Shown here: positions 23,710 through 34,328 of the stretch, piece after piece
How positions within the stretch are numbered: the first letter of the stretch is position 1
How the letters are laid out: each line of letters starts with the position of its first letter
Assembly (NCBI GenBank): GCA_964019425.1
Contig: OZ025781.1
Location: 124,001 to 188,000 of the forward strand
Source of the DNA: Flectonema sp. DT1601
Lineage: Eukaryota
Direction: 5' to 3'
Length of the DNA: 64,000 nt
The notes under the pieces: generated by a model
What the model was told of the DNA's origin: nothing
The model's input: only the letters and a program-made list of their open reading frames with translations
The model's database searches: none
Program-made: the position numbers and the translations under genes

Positions 23710-25509
23710 CTAGACTACTCGTTTATACTGACGGGGTTTGTACGGTTGGCAAATATCATTGGAGGTGTTCGCTAGACTTGAAGGAGCTCCAAATGACAGG
23801 TGCCAGTACAATTCAAATGTTTCAACGAGAGGACTGCGTACGTGTGAGTTAAAATTATCTAACAACCATCCAAAGTAATCATGTGGTATCATATCAATCA
23901 TTTCCTGAGTAACTACAAAATGACCTCCAATTCTGGGGAGGAGTTCACCAGTGAAATCTTCAAACGGCCAATCTTTCTCACCATATCCAGGTAGCTTTTG
24001 CATGACACGGACTTGGTGATTGTGACGTTCCCGATACTCGTTTCCGTCTAGAAGGGTTGCTGATTTGATCCTCTTACGAATATCATCGAGCCTCACTTTG
24101 ATGTCTTCAATCATAGCAGATCCTAATCCAACATATTGATTGTGTTGGTGAGAACATGAACGAGCTTCTTCAATCTTTTTTATAATTGAGAGGTCGGTTT
24201 CATCCCCTCTCATGAATACAACTGTTTGATATTTCTTTCTATACTTCCTTCGCAGATAGATTAAGTATCCAGCAACATAGTTACAGTCTTCTTGTTTGAG
24301 TAGTTTACAACCGAATCCTTCAGGATGTCGAACCCATAGATTGTAACCAGATTTTTGTAACGATGAGACTAATTCTGGGTTTACTCCGTCAATATGCTCA
24401 CCCAGAACAACAATCGTATCAGTCTTCCAATCGTCACCAGTATTCTCAGTTTTAATTTCTTGCATGTATCTATCGGGTACAATAACTCCAGTTAATAGTT
24501 CATTGACTTTCTTATCATAAGCCAAACTCACGAACTTATTATTAGCCGGTAAGCACTGAGGTATTAAATTATAAACATCTAATTGGACTGGAAGACCAAA
24601 GGCAACATGCCAACTGTATTCCCAAAATTGAGAATTTAAAACTGGTTTGTTAACGGTAAGCTCCTTAGCCTTCTCCCAAAATGAATCGTTTCTAGTAATG
24701 AAAGATTTCGGGACTACGAATTGAGCTGACTGGGGTGCCCTTCTTCGAGTTTCTAACACGCCAGTAAATTCAGAAAAATAAGTGTTCCATTGAGGGCCAT
24801 AACCAGCCCAATAAGGGTTGTGTAACCACATGCTATCAGCGTATATCAGTGGATGAAGTGATACGAATCCATCATATCCTCTTGAACAATTCAAAGCAGT
24901 TGTTAGTAACAACATTGGATCTATTCCCCCAGTGTGCCATTTAGGTCCGTGGCCGTGTAAGAATGCAATGCGATCTCTGATTGGTCTCTTTGGATCTTTG
25001 TCAGATAAATATCTAACATAACCTTGTTGTTCTTTACAATAAAGTTGTGGGTGATCTTTATCGAGGCAGACATAGTTGCTTATCCAGACTAAGAAACCAG
25101 CGTTCAGTAGCTCGTCCATCACGTTCTTTGGGCATATTGACCCCCCGATTACGATAAGAGTGTCGTTCACCTGAGGGACGGTTTTCCTGTATTTCCAATT
25201 TCCGACAGAATTCGATTCAACAACAATTGATTCATCGACAGGTTCTGGAGGCGGTGTCGTTTTTGCAGGTGGCAGTGTCGTTTTTTCAGATGACGGTGTT
25301 GGTGTTGACGACGACGTCGAGGATCCTATCTTTGCTGTCAGCTGTTTTAATTTTTCCTCCCATTCGGAGTTCAATTCAGTCCTGACTTGATTTATTTTCT
25401 TATTAACTTCATCCATATCAACTCCAAGTTTCTTTCTTGGAATCAGCATTGTGCTCATGTAAGCAGCAAGGATCAATGCCACTATCAAAATTACGATACG
25501 CTTCGGCAT
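23710..25509 (-). CDS. Type II membrane protein with two tandem DUF3431-like (putative glycosyltransferase-like) domains
   Basis: N-terminal signal anchor and S/T/P stem; FLHGHGPKWH...SAQFVVP...WEYSWHVAFG, then VFMRGD...GGHFVVT...FELYWHLSFG. Confidence 0.7.
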   Translation of the reverse strand: MPKRIVILIVALILAAYMSTMLIPRKKLGVDMDEVNKKINQVRTELNSEWEEKLKQLTAKIGSSTSSSTPTPSSEKTTLPPAKTTPPPEPVDESIVVESNSVGNWKYRKTVPQVNDTLIVIGGSICPKNVMDELLNAGFLVWISNYVCLDKDHPQLYCKEQQGYVRYLSDKDPKRPIRDRIAFLHGHGPKWHTGGIDPMLLLTTALNCSRGYDGFVSLHPLIYADSMWLHNPYWAGYGPQWNTYFSEFTGVLETRRRAPQSAQFVVPKSFITRNDSFWEKAKELTVNKPVLNSQFWEYSWHVAFGLPVQLDVYNLIPQCLPANNKFVSLAYDKKVNELLTGVIVPDRYMQEIKTENTGDDWKTDTIVVLGEHIDGVNPELVSSLQKSGYNLWVRHPEGFGCKLLKQEDCNYVAGYLIYLRRKYRKKYQTVVFMRGDETDLSIIKKIEEARSCSHQHNQYVGLGSAMIEDIKVRLDDIRKRIKSATLLDGNEYRERHNHQVRVMQKLPGYGEKDWPFEDFTGELLPRIGGHFVVTQEMIDMIPHDYFGWLLDNFNSHVRSPLVETFELYWHLSFGAPSSLANTSNDICQPYKPRQYKRVV

Positions 25510-25845
25510 TTTCTAAGATTTCCCGTTCTATTCCTTGTCGGAGGGGAAAAAAAGGGGGAGTATATGGCTGCGGCAAAGAACACTTACTAAATAATTAGAT
25601 TTTTAGCGACAATTTAAGTACTCGCTATCAGAAGTGAATATGAGAGGTAGTAAAAAGAAATATGAGCAAATGGCAAAGGAAATAATCAAAAAAAAAAAAA
25701 AAAGAAAAAAAAAACTAACTAAAAATATTATTTTCCTTTATGGGCGAAGTGTGTTTAGAGACGTCGTCTCTGTGTTGCCTAAGAACCAGTTCTTAGGGGT
25801 AATTGTTTTTTTTTTTTTTTTTCCCAGATGGATTGCCAGACGTAC

Positions 25846-26652
25846 TTAGCATTGCTTCACAGCCATGTCTGTTATCCAATCATCTGTTTGATCAATAGCA
25901 GGAGGAGCACTTGGGACTACCTTAACATCTCGAGTGAAATTATTAACTTTTGAAAGCAAAAGTCGACGAACAGGTTTCGGCAGATCATTCGGTAGATCAT
26001 CAGCAGTACACTCACATAGTAATTGAAAGGTTCTTATTCCAGATCTACTTAGGCACTCTGCGTAATCCGATAAGTGTTCTGAATCCAAAAATTGAAACAT
26101 CTCATCAGATAAATGATACTTTTGAACAGATGAAGCTGACGGAGTCTCAACACTATCCTGTTGAGGCATTACATCAATAACTCCATTCTGTGAACTTATT
26201 CTTAGACTTCCTCCCTGTGACAATCCCAATTCTTTTAGTGTTTGTTCCGGAAGTAGTTCTACAGATGTTGGTAAGGACAGAATGATGTTGTCTGACTCTA
26301 GATGTTCATCTTTCTTTACTGCCAGTTCTATGACATCCTTTACAAGTAGACAACTGACTGGATCGAATGCGATGACAATAATCCGACCGTCAGAATTCTT
26401 TAAAATCATCTGAGGCTGTGGTGGAGCACTCTTTATTACCAAATGAATAGTATGGCTTTCAGGATCAGTAATCCCATATTCCCGAAGTGTTTTTCCATCT
26501 TCCATTGGCTTTCCTCGCACCACTAATCTCTGCAAACCAGCAGGAGGACCACCAGCATTAAAAACAGCAATACGAAGCTCTTCAACTAAGCTGTCTCCCT
26601 TAATCTTTACTGGGAACTCTTGACTGTCGAGGGTTTTAACGACGAAATCCAT
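25846..26652 (-). CDS. Ubiquitin-like x2 + SAM-domain protein
   Basis: Probable start MDFVVKTLDS at 26652 (the upstream in-frame part is a repeat shared with the S41 genes); QRLVVRGKPMEDGKTLREYGI...TIHLV (UBL), second UBL (EQTLKELGLSQGGSLRI), SAM-like FLDSEHLSDYAECLSRSGI...RRLLL. Confidence 0.75.
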   Translation of the reverse strand: MDFVVKTLDSQEFPVKIKGDSLVEELRIAVFNAGGPPAGLQRLVVRGKPMEDGKTLREYGITDPESHTIHLVIKSAPPQPQMILKNSDGRIIVIAFDPVSCLLVKDVIELAVKKDEHLESDNIILSLPTSVELLPEQTLKELGLSQGGSLRISSQNGVIDVMPQQDSVETPSASSVQKYHLSDEMFQFLDSEHLSDYAECLSRSGIRTFQLLCECTADDLPNDLPKPVRRLLLSKVNNFTRDVKVVPSAPPAIDQTDDWITDMAVKQC

Positions 26653-26671
26653 TTTTATTTGAGCTTGAAAA

Positions 26672-27604
26672 AGAAAACTGATGATGAGAAGTTGTGGATT
26701 CATCGTATTGACTGGATGGGTAACTATTTGCGGTATCGACTTAGTACGAATATCTGTGTTGATGTCCTGGAAAAGAAAAGTATTAATCAATTTAGTGACT
26801 AACATTAAAAAACCAACACAGCCCAGCAGGTAGCTGTCGGGATAACGGAGCTAGTTGTTCAACGCCTGGGCTCCCTGTTGGGGGAAGTCATCCGACGATA
26901 GAGTTGTTTACTTGCATCCCATTGTTATCGAAACAAACGAAATTTATCTTTACGGTGTGAAGTCGCTTGAACAATATAAAAAATTACTCAGAAAATGTCG
27001 GGAAGACGGCAAATTTTGATCAAAAAGAGAAGAGGGACTTTGTTTTCTTCGAATCCTTTTTCTTTATTGACTCAATTAATACTCGTCGTTGTGCGATGGG
27101 CAATGAGCTGAACGTGTCCAATCCCAGGCGATGGTTCAAAAGGTATTCACGGCAATTCAGTACTGGTTCCCTGCTTGTGATGTCATTCTCAGACATCTAT
27201 TTCTTTTCTGTTGACAGTTCCCTTAAGAGAGGAGCAAAAGAAAGAAAGCAAAAAAGGTTTCAGAAAAACACGAAAATGAAAACAACAACTGTTGTACGGT
27301 TCCTAAAGTTGCCGATAGCAGCAGCTTTTCATGTCTTTTTTCCCCTCCTCCGCCTTCAATTCTTTTGTTTGTTTTTTTACTGACCACTGACTACCTCACA
27401 GTAGCAAGTGAAAAGCTAATGAAATTATAGCAATAAAGGACAGACAGAGAGTAATCTCCCATCTAACCGTTGTTCTATACGCAAGTTAATGGTCTAGAAT
27501 AGTAGAGAAACTAAATGAGAGTTTTAAGGAATGAATTCGTGGAAGAGATGTCACCAAGGATGTGGAAACGTTTGTCGAGTTACGTTTCTCTCTTAAATTC
27601 TCAG
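26672..27604. repeat. Left copy of ~935-bp direct repeat bracketing the S41 array
   Basis: Near-identical to 54202-55139, from agaaaactgatgatgag to aaattctcag. Confidence 0.9.
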
Positions 27605-28055
27605 ATTGCATTCAAACTGGAAAAGAATAAAGAAAAAAGAAAAAAGAAAAAAAATAACTTCTCGTTATTAAGAAATCTTCAGTTCTGCTTTTAAAAAATC
27701 TCATCGCGACTTGCAAAGCATTAAAGATCAAAGTGGAAGCGAGCAACCCGCCGACAGAATGAAAGCTTCCAGTCGCTGACATAACCAGAGATATCACAAA
27801 CCAAAGCACACAACAGCTCGTTAATTACACGAGCTGGCTGAGAAAGATTCTCAAGGGAACAGTTAGAATATGAGTTTTGTTATATTAGTCAGTATTAGCT
27901 ATATTAGAGGAGAGTTATCACAAATCAAATCAAATAATTCATTAGGACTACACTCCTTACCATCCTAAGCGTTTTGCCGTTCTCATCAAACGGTCAGAAT
28001 ATGAGTTTTATTTTTATTCGTCGGCAGCATGTTGTGAATAATCGAATGCTCTAAG

Positions 28056-28266
28056 GTCAGTATCATTAATTTTAGAACAGAAAAGTGAGAATAAGAAAAG
28101 TAGAGATCAGTAAAAGAAAAGTATTCATTTCTGCAGTTTCCTAACATCAAAAGGGTAATAGAATATGTAGTTTTCAGGAGCCTTGATCTTATACTACTTG
28201 TCCCTTTTTAGGCCTTCATCAGTAAGTTCTAAGGGACTTCATTCTATGTTGAAGTTGCTTATCGTG
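28056..28266 (-). mobile_element. Solo degenerate copy of the Penelope-like element 3' end, including the hammerhead-like motif
   Basis: Closely matches 59383-59586; motif at 28158-28247 has small insertions (AGGCTCCT, GAAAAC); gtcagtat occurs on both sides (28056, 28283). Confidence 0.75.
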
Positions 28267-29284
28267 CTAGGCCTTCTAGTTAGTCAGTATTAATATCAGT
28301 CAATCAAAAAAAAAAGTCAAATGCAAAAAAAAGATTCATAGGACAACAAAACAAATAATGGTTGGATAGTTAGAGTTTGTTGTAGCATTAAATCAATATA
28401 TTTTTATAAAAAGAAATTTAAAAAAAAAAGCTATAACAACACAATTGTTAATTAGTAAGTAAAAGACGTAATCGAGTAATCTGAAGAGAGGGATGTTTTT
28501 TTCTTGCCGCGGTACTTACGCAGGATCCACGTCAGATAAAGAAGAATACACAACACTGGTGTAAAATAAAATGATTCCCAGCATTCCAATATAATCCACA
28601 GAGGTGGTTACATGTGATGAATTGATATATTAATTTGACGAATTAAAAAAAAAAAAAAAAAAGGAAATTAAACAACTGACTTTCCTGCACCACAAAAGTC
28701 CATACAACAGTTGCCAAACAAGTCAGAATTTTCAAACGACTAAACATAAGAAACGCTGATACCTGTTCGAAGATATCAGGGGAGGGGTGACTCTGATGGC
28801 AACATTGATGGGAAACACAAGGGTAGAATCACAAAACTCAAAACACATAAATGAATGAACCAAACTCCAGTACTTTTCACATAATCAAGTTTGGTTTCAC
28901 ATCGTCAAGTTGTGATTGTGATTTCATTTTCCACATGACACGCGGAGATAACGTTGGTTGATTCCATCACTCTTTATCAAAGCCTTGCGACAACACAACC
29001 ATTAGGGATAGCAATTGGAACTTTCCGTGGCACTCGTAATAAGAAAAACTAATGCTATCAAACGTTTCCCTTCATAATAAAAACACGCATGAAGTAAAGG
29101 CAACTGAAAGACATCGTCACGTACTTAACAACAGAGGGCTATCAGAAGAAAACTTCGGTACAATTCGAACTGAATGAATAATTGACATTTCTAGTACGCC
29201 ATGATGACTACAGACTAGTTTCACTCTCCAGCTACATGAGAGAGAGTGACAGCATAATTAAATTAAGAAAGCAACACAGAAACA

Positions 29285-31771
29285 TTAAGCACCGTCGGGA
29301 CGATCTTCAAGTTCTTCGTCTCCTTGTTCCTGAGATGATGATTTCCTACAACAACACATGTAAACAATAACAATAACAACTATTACGAATACGGCAGAAA
29401 ATATCGAAATCAGAAGTGTATTGCGAAGCTTCACATCGCTGTCATCACTGCTTTTCGCAGGAGCCGTAGAGACACCTGTCGCAGTACTTGTAGCTGTGGT
29501 CGCATTAGGTGAAACCACAACGGTACCTGGCACCTTGTAAGTTCCAGCCTCAAATTCCACCCAATTAGTTGAAACAGTCGAACTGAGTGCAGCAGTTTGC
29601 TGAAGTATCTGCAACTCTGTTGCAGCTGAGAATGGAGGCCAGAAAGGCAACACATGATCAGCATAAACAGGAAGAAATTCATCCGAAAGAGACGTACTTG
29701 AATCAGTGTAGAAAGCACCTAAACTGAATGTCAGCGCGGCGTTAGTTCTCGTGATTGGAGTCAGTGGCTTGTTTACGTTGTTGTTGGCAGCGGTAGCAAC
29801 CCAAGATTTCCACTCGAAAAACGGTCCATTTGTAGCAGAACTTACTCTGTGCCTTTCTCCAGATACACCACCAGCAGTGACAATTGTTGCCGCCTTGGCT
29901 TTTCTAAGGAGCTTTATAGCATGAGAACAAGAACTACCACATGCTCCGAGTGATATAACTTTGATGGTTGCGAATCCCTTCGTAGGTTTATTGATTTGCT
30001 CATTCGCTGCAAAGGTACACTGAGCGTTCGCTGCAGAGTCCCTCAATGTAAATAGTGATTCAAAGAGAGAAACAACCTTTGGAACCACATACACTTCAGG
30101 TGATCCAGCAGCCCTGCTCTTCTTCGGAGCGTTGTTAAAGAGATCATTTAATTTAGCTTGTGCCTGCTGCGGGTTTGTACTGGCCAAAGGTTCGTTGTAT
30201 AAGCTTTCCCCGGTAGAAATACGTAACGCGTTGTAGTTTTCACCACCAACCACAACAGATTGTATCAAACTGATGTATCCCTTAGTGAAGTCAGTGAGGT
30301 GGTATTCAAAAGAACCCTTAGCAGCTGTAACACTTGCAGGTGAGACACGGAATTCACTTTTTGTTTTTGAGGCTTCTCTGAGCCCTGCAGGGTATTGGAG
30401 CTTCGGAGTGAAGTACTCAATCGCTGTGGCGTACAAGATAAGAAATCCTCCACCGTTACCACGGAAGTCCAGGATCAATTCTGTGATTCTCGGGGAAAAC
30501 GCAATCGCATAATCATTGCAAGCCTCAATAACTTTTAAAAACCCGAAGAAGACTCTGGATTCAGCACAACCCTGTAAGTTGGCAGCATTAGGGGAAAAGC
30601 TTTCCAGGTACAAGTACATTACTGGCTTTGCGTTGGTTTCGAAAGAGCTGCACACAATATTCGGTTGGTTGGTATTTTGTGGATATTGAGCAACTATCTT
30701 ACCCTGATTCCAGAGATCTGAAGGAGCAAGCTGCTGAACTGATCTTTTGGACACGTGTTCCTGTTCCTTCTTTGCAGATGCAGCCTTGTCAGCCTTGTCA
30801 GCGTTGTGAAGATCTCTCGCAATGTCTGAAAGTGGATTAGGAGGAAGGTTAGGTCCGGAGTTCACTTCAGGACTTTTATGAATACCTGCCCTCTGATCAG
30901 CGATAGGAGGAATTGGTTTATATGCCTCTCTGTTCTGCCTGATGTGAGTAATGTCGTTAGGGGTCACTGGTGCTTCCTGTACCTGAGCACCTCTCGCAGT
31001 CGCTGCTGGACGGTTACCAGCAACTATGACAGCGGTTGTTAACTGTGGTTCTGCTCTTCCAGAGTAGATTGGAAGGGTGTGAGACGTACCAGCAACAGTT
31101 ATTTGCATTGTGGTGGCCTGGTATCCAAATGAGGTTGAAGATATACCTGCAGCGGCTGGGTTCGTTAGATATTCATTAAGGTCTGCGCCATTAGACTTCG
31201 AAGTGCCGTTGTCACCAAGCAACTTTGATAAATAGGCCACTGCTGGCTGTCCGTTGATTGCAGTTACGACGTTGCCAACCTGAACACTGCTCCACGTCTG
31301 TCCCTGAGAATAGGCAGCGAAAAGGGCATGGCGTTCCCTGATGAAAATAACTTGCTGTCCATTATCCATTCTGGTTCCGAATACAAAAGGAATAGATAAC
31401 TCAGCAAAGTATCCCGATGGTGGAGTGTAAGAAGTATGCCCGTCTTGCAACTTTAAGAAGAGTTGAGCCATTGAAGCTTGAAATTGGAAATCACTATTCC
31501 ACTGTTGAGTAGAGAACTGTTGAAGAGAACCCTTCAAGTTAACCTTTCCAATCACAGATGGGTCTGTTGATAGAGCGATGTCAGTTCCTTGATAAAACTC
31601 AACCATCTCAAGCGCTGCTTTTGTCGCTTCCGTCACAGTTGCTTGATCCACCGGAACAGTGTTGTAACAGTCAAAGATTTCACTAGCTCTGTAGTAGTAA
31701 AAGTTATCTATCAGCCGCCCCTGCAAATTACATTGCGACACCGCCAGCAGGTTTATCATTGAGAGTAACAT
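29285..31771 (-). CDS. Type I membrane S41-family (CPAF/fungal S41-like) serine peptidase, copy A
   Basis: Signal-like MLLSMINLLAVSQC, LQDGHT (His), PDZ-like VGNVVTAINGQP, LILDFRGNGGG, GACGSSCS (Ser), S/T stalk, TM helix, CCC tail. Confidence 0.85.
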   Translation of the reverse strand: MLLSMINLLAVSQCNLQGRLIDNFYYYRASEIFDCYNTVPVDQATVTEATKAALEMVEFYQGTDIALSTDPSVIGKVNLKGSLQQFSTQQWNSDFQFQASMAQLFLKLQDGHTSYTPPSGYFAELSIPFVFGTRMDNGQQVIFIRERHALFAAYSQGQTWSSVQVGNVVTAINGQPAVAYLSKLLGDNGTSKSNGADLNEYLTNPAAAGISSTSFGYQATTMQITVAGTSHTLPIYSGRAEPQLTTAVIVAGNRPAATARGAQVQEAPVTPNDITHIRQNREAYKPIPPIADQRAGIHKSPEVNSGPNLPPNPLSDIARDLHNADKADKAASAKKEQEHVSKRSVQQLAPSDLWNQGKIVAQYPQNTNQPNIVCSSFETNAKPVMYLYLESFSPNAANLQGCAESRVFFGFLKVIEACNDYAIAFSPRITELILDFRGNGGGFLILYATAIEYFTPKLQYPAGLREASKTKSEFRVSPASVTAAKGSFEYHLTDFTKGYISLIQSVVVGGENYNALRISTGESLYNEPLASTNPQQAQAKLNDLFNNAPKKSRAAGSPEVYVVPKVVSLFESLFTLRDSAANAQCTFAANEQINKPTKGFATIKVISLGACGSSCSHAIKLLRKAKAATIVTAGGVSGERHRVSSATNGPFFEWKSWVATAANNNVNKPLTPITRTNAALTFSLGAFYTDSSTSLSDEFLPVYADHVLPFWPPFSAATELQILQQTAALSSTVSTNWVEFEAGTYKVPGTVVVSPNATTATSTATGVSTAPAKSSDDSDVKLRNTLLISIFSAVFVIVVIVIVYMCCCRKSSSQEQGDEELEDRPDGA

Positions 31772-32151
31772 TTTATTTGAAGAACTGTTTAATAAAATAC
31801 AGTAACAGTTCACAACATTCACAGATGTGTATTAATTACTTCAGACATCCATCCAAATCGTACGAATATCTGTGTTGATGTCCTGGAAAAGGAAAGTATC
31901 AATCAATTTAGTGACTAACATTAAAAAACCAATACAGCCCAGCAGGTAGCTGTCGGGATAACGGAGTTAGTTGTTCAACGCCTGGGCTCCCTGTTGAGGG
32001 AAGTCATCCGGCAATCGAGTTGTTTACTTGCATCCTTTACGGTATGAAGTCGCTTGAACGATATAAAAAATATTTATAAAAAAAAGAATCCAGCAATGTT
32101 TTATTCACTTTCCCCCCCACTCGTAGTATTTATAAGACTACCAAGTGTACG

Positions 32152-32830
32152 ATGGGCAATGAGCTGAAAGTGTCCAATCCCAGGAGACGGTTCAAAAAGT
32201 TCTCAAAGAAGTTTAGTTTTGTTTTCCTGCTTGTGATGTCATTCTCAGATATCCATTTCATTTCCGTTGACAGCACCTTTTATAATTCACAAGAGAGGAG
32301 CAAAAGAAAGAAAGCAAGAAACACGAAAGTCGCAGCTTTTCAATTTTTTTTTTCCCCCTCTGCCCTCAGTTTCTTATAAAAAACAGCCTCAGAAAATATC
32401 GGAGAAGACGACAAGCTTTGACCTTCTTCAGGTACCCAAAAAATAAAAGGGATTTTGTTTTCTCCGTATCGTTTTTTCTTCTTCCTATTTTTGTTTTTTT
32501 TTTCCTTTCGAGGTGCAAGTTACTTCATCCGACGACAACTTGTATGATAGTGAACGTGTTCAATCCCAGGCGATGGTTCAAAAGGTATTCACGGCAATTC
32601 AGTACTGGTTCCCTGCTTGTGATGTCATTCTCAGACATCTATTTCTTTTCTGTTGACAGTTCCCTTAAGAGAGGAGCAAAAGAAAGAAAGCAAAAAAAGT
32701 TTCAGAAAAACACGAAAATGAAAACAACAACTGTTGTACGGTTCCCAAAGTTGCCGATAGCAGCAGCTTTTCATGTTTTTTTCCCCTCCTCTGCCCTCAA
32801 TTCTTTTTGATTTTTGTTCCACTAGCTGCT
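32152..32830. repeat. ~390-400-bp tandem unit, 2 copies here (1 at ~27096, 3 at 40941-42030, partial at ~49478, 1 at ~54639)
   Basis: Recurrent aatcccagg...gttcaaaa...cctgcttgtgatgtcattctcaga. Confidence 0.85.
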
Positions 32831-34328
32831 GACTACTTCACAGTAGCAAGTGCAAAGCTAATAGATAGGAATTGGTGTTTCTTATTTCTGTTGTACTTTA
32901 CGAGGCTGTGTAATTACAGCTGTGGGAATAGAATTTTTAGCATAATAAGGTTTGTTGAGTTTTTATTTTTTTCATTTTGAGAGTTAAAATATGAGTTTAT
33001 TACAAAAAAGTGCACCAAAATAAAATATAAAAAAGAAAAATTATACTTTGAGAGTTAACAAGAAAGTGTGTTGCTGTTCTCCCTTTGAAATCTTAATACA
33101 GCCGCACTGAGAAAGATTCACAAGAGAACAGTTAGAATATGAGTTTTGTTATATTAGTCAGTATTAGCTATATTAGAGGAGAGTTATCACAAATAAATAA
33201 ATAATCAAAATTAAATAAATAATTCATTAGGACTACACTCCTTACCCATCCCTCTTTAGCGAACGAGAGCAAGGAGGACACTGCGGTATCAGACCTGTCC
33301 TACTCATCGTGTTTGCCCTTCTCAGCAAATGGGCTGAATATGAGTTTGTTATATTACTTTGTTAGTAACAAAAAGACGTGTCGAATGATCTGAAGAGAGG
33401 GAGGATGGGAATCATTTATGTTATTGTATTCTTCCCACTGCGGTACTAGATAAGATTGATAACGAAGTCCTATACATTGAGTACTGTGCATCGCTGATAC
33501 AGCAAACTAAAGAGAGCATCGGGTTAACTCTCCAGAGCCACGAGGACAACAGTAACGTAATTAGACCTCATCTTATTAGGATTGTTTTATTATAGTTTCG
33601 GCTGACGGGGCATAATGAACACAGTATGCCTATTGTCAGCTTTCCACCTTGTCCGATTGTTGTCAGGAAATGATATGAGGATAACTATAGAGGGGAAAAA
33701 AAAAAAAAAAGAAGAAGAAAAAAAAGACTAACTGCGGTGTCCAACAGAATATAAAAAAACACAATAACAACTGGTTACTGAATAAGGAATAATTTCCAAC
33801 TTTAATAATAAATAACAACGAAATTCAAAAGAGGTACAGCAGGTACAGCATCTACAACAGTTGCCTTAGAAGTCAGTCTTTTTTTCAAACGACGAAACAT
33901 AAGAAACGCTGATACCTGTTCGATGCGGGAAAGCTGAATTTTATTTTCATTTTCCGCATCACAACTGAAAGCTACCATTCCCCACCTCCACAAATATAAT
34001 ATTCGGAAGTAGATTACTTTTAATAAACTAATTCAAAATTTCTTTTTTTCCGGGAACGGGAGAACAATTAAAAAAAAAACAGGAAAATCTAATATGTCAT
34101 CGACCTACCGTTTTAAAATTAATTTTCCTATTTTTTTCTGATAACTGGAACTGAATTACTGAACGATTAAGCTCAAAGCAAGGAACAACTAGAAACAGAT
34201 ATATCTACAACAAGTCATAATAAAACAATAATTGTTTCACATGAGATAGATAGAGAGAGAAGAAAAAAGAGGGGTAGAGAGAATAATAAATTCAAGTAAA
34301 TAAACACAAAACGATTAAGCAATAAATA

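Noticed and set aside
26653..26805. N-terminal extensions MLVTKLI.../MNVVNCY... on the UBL and S41 ORFs
   Set aside because: They are translations of the shared upstream repeat; the downstream ATG gives a proper UBL start or signal peptide.
32880..32905. Similarity to a spliced-leader 3' end (tttctgttgtacttta)
   Set aside because: Short, imperfect match with no leader 5' part or donor context.
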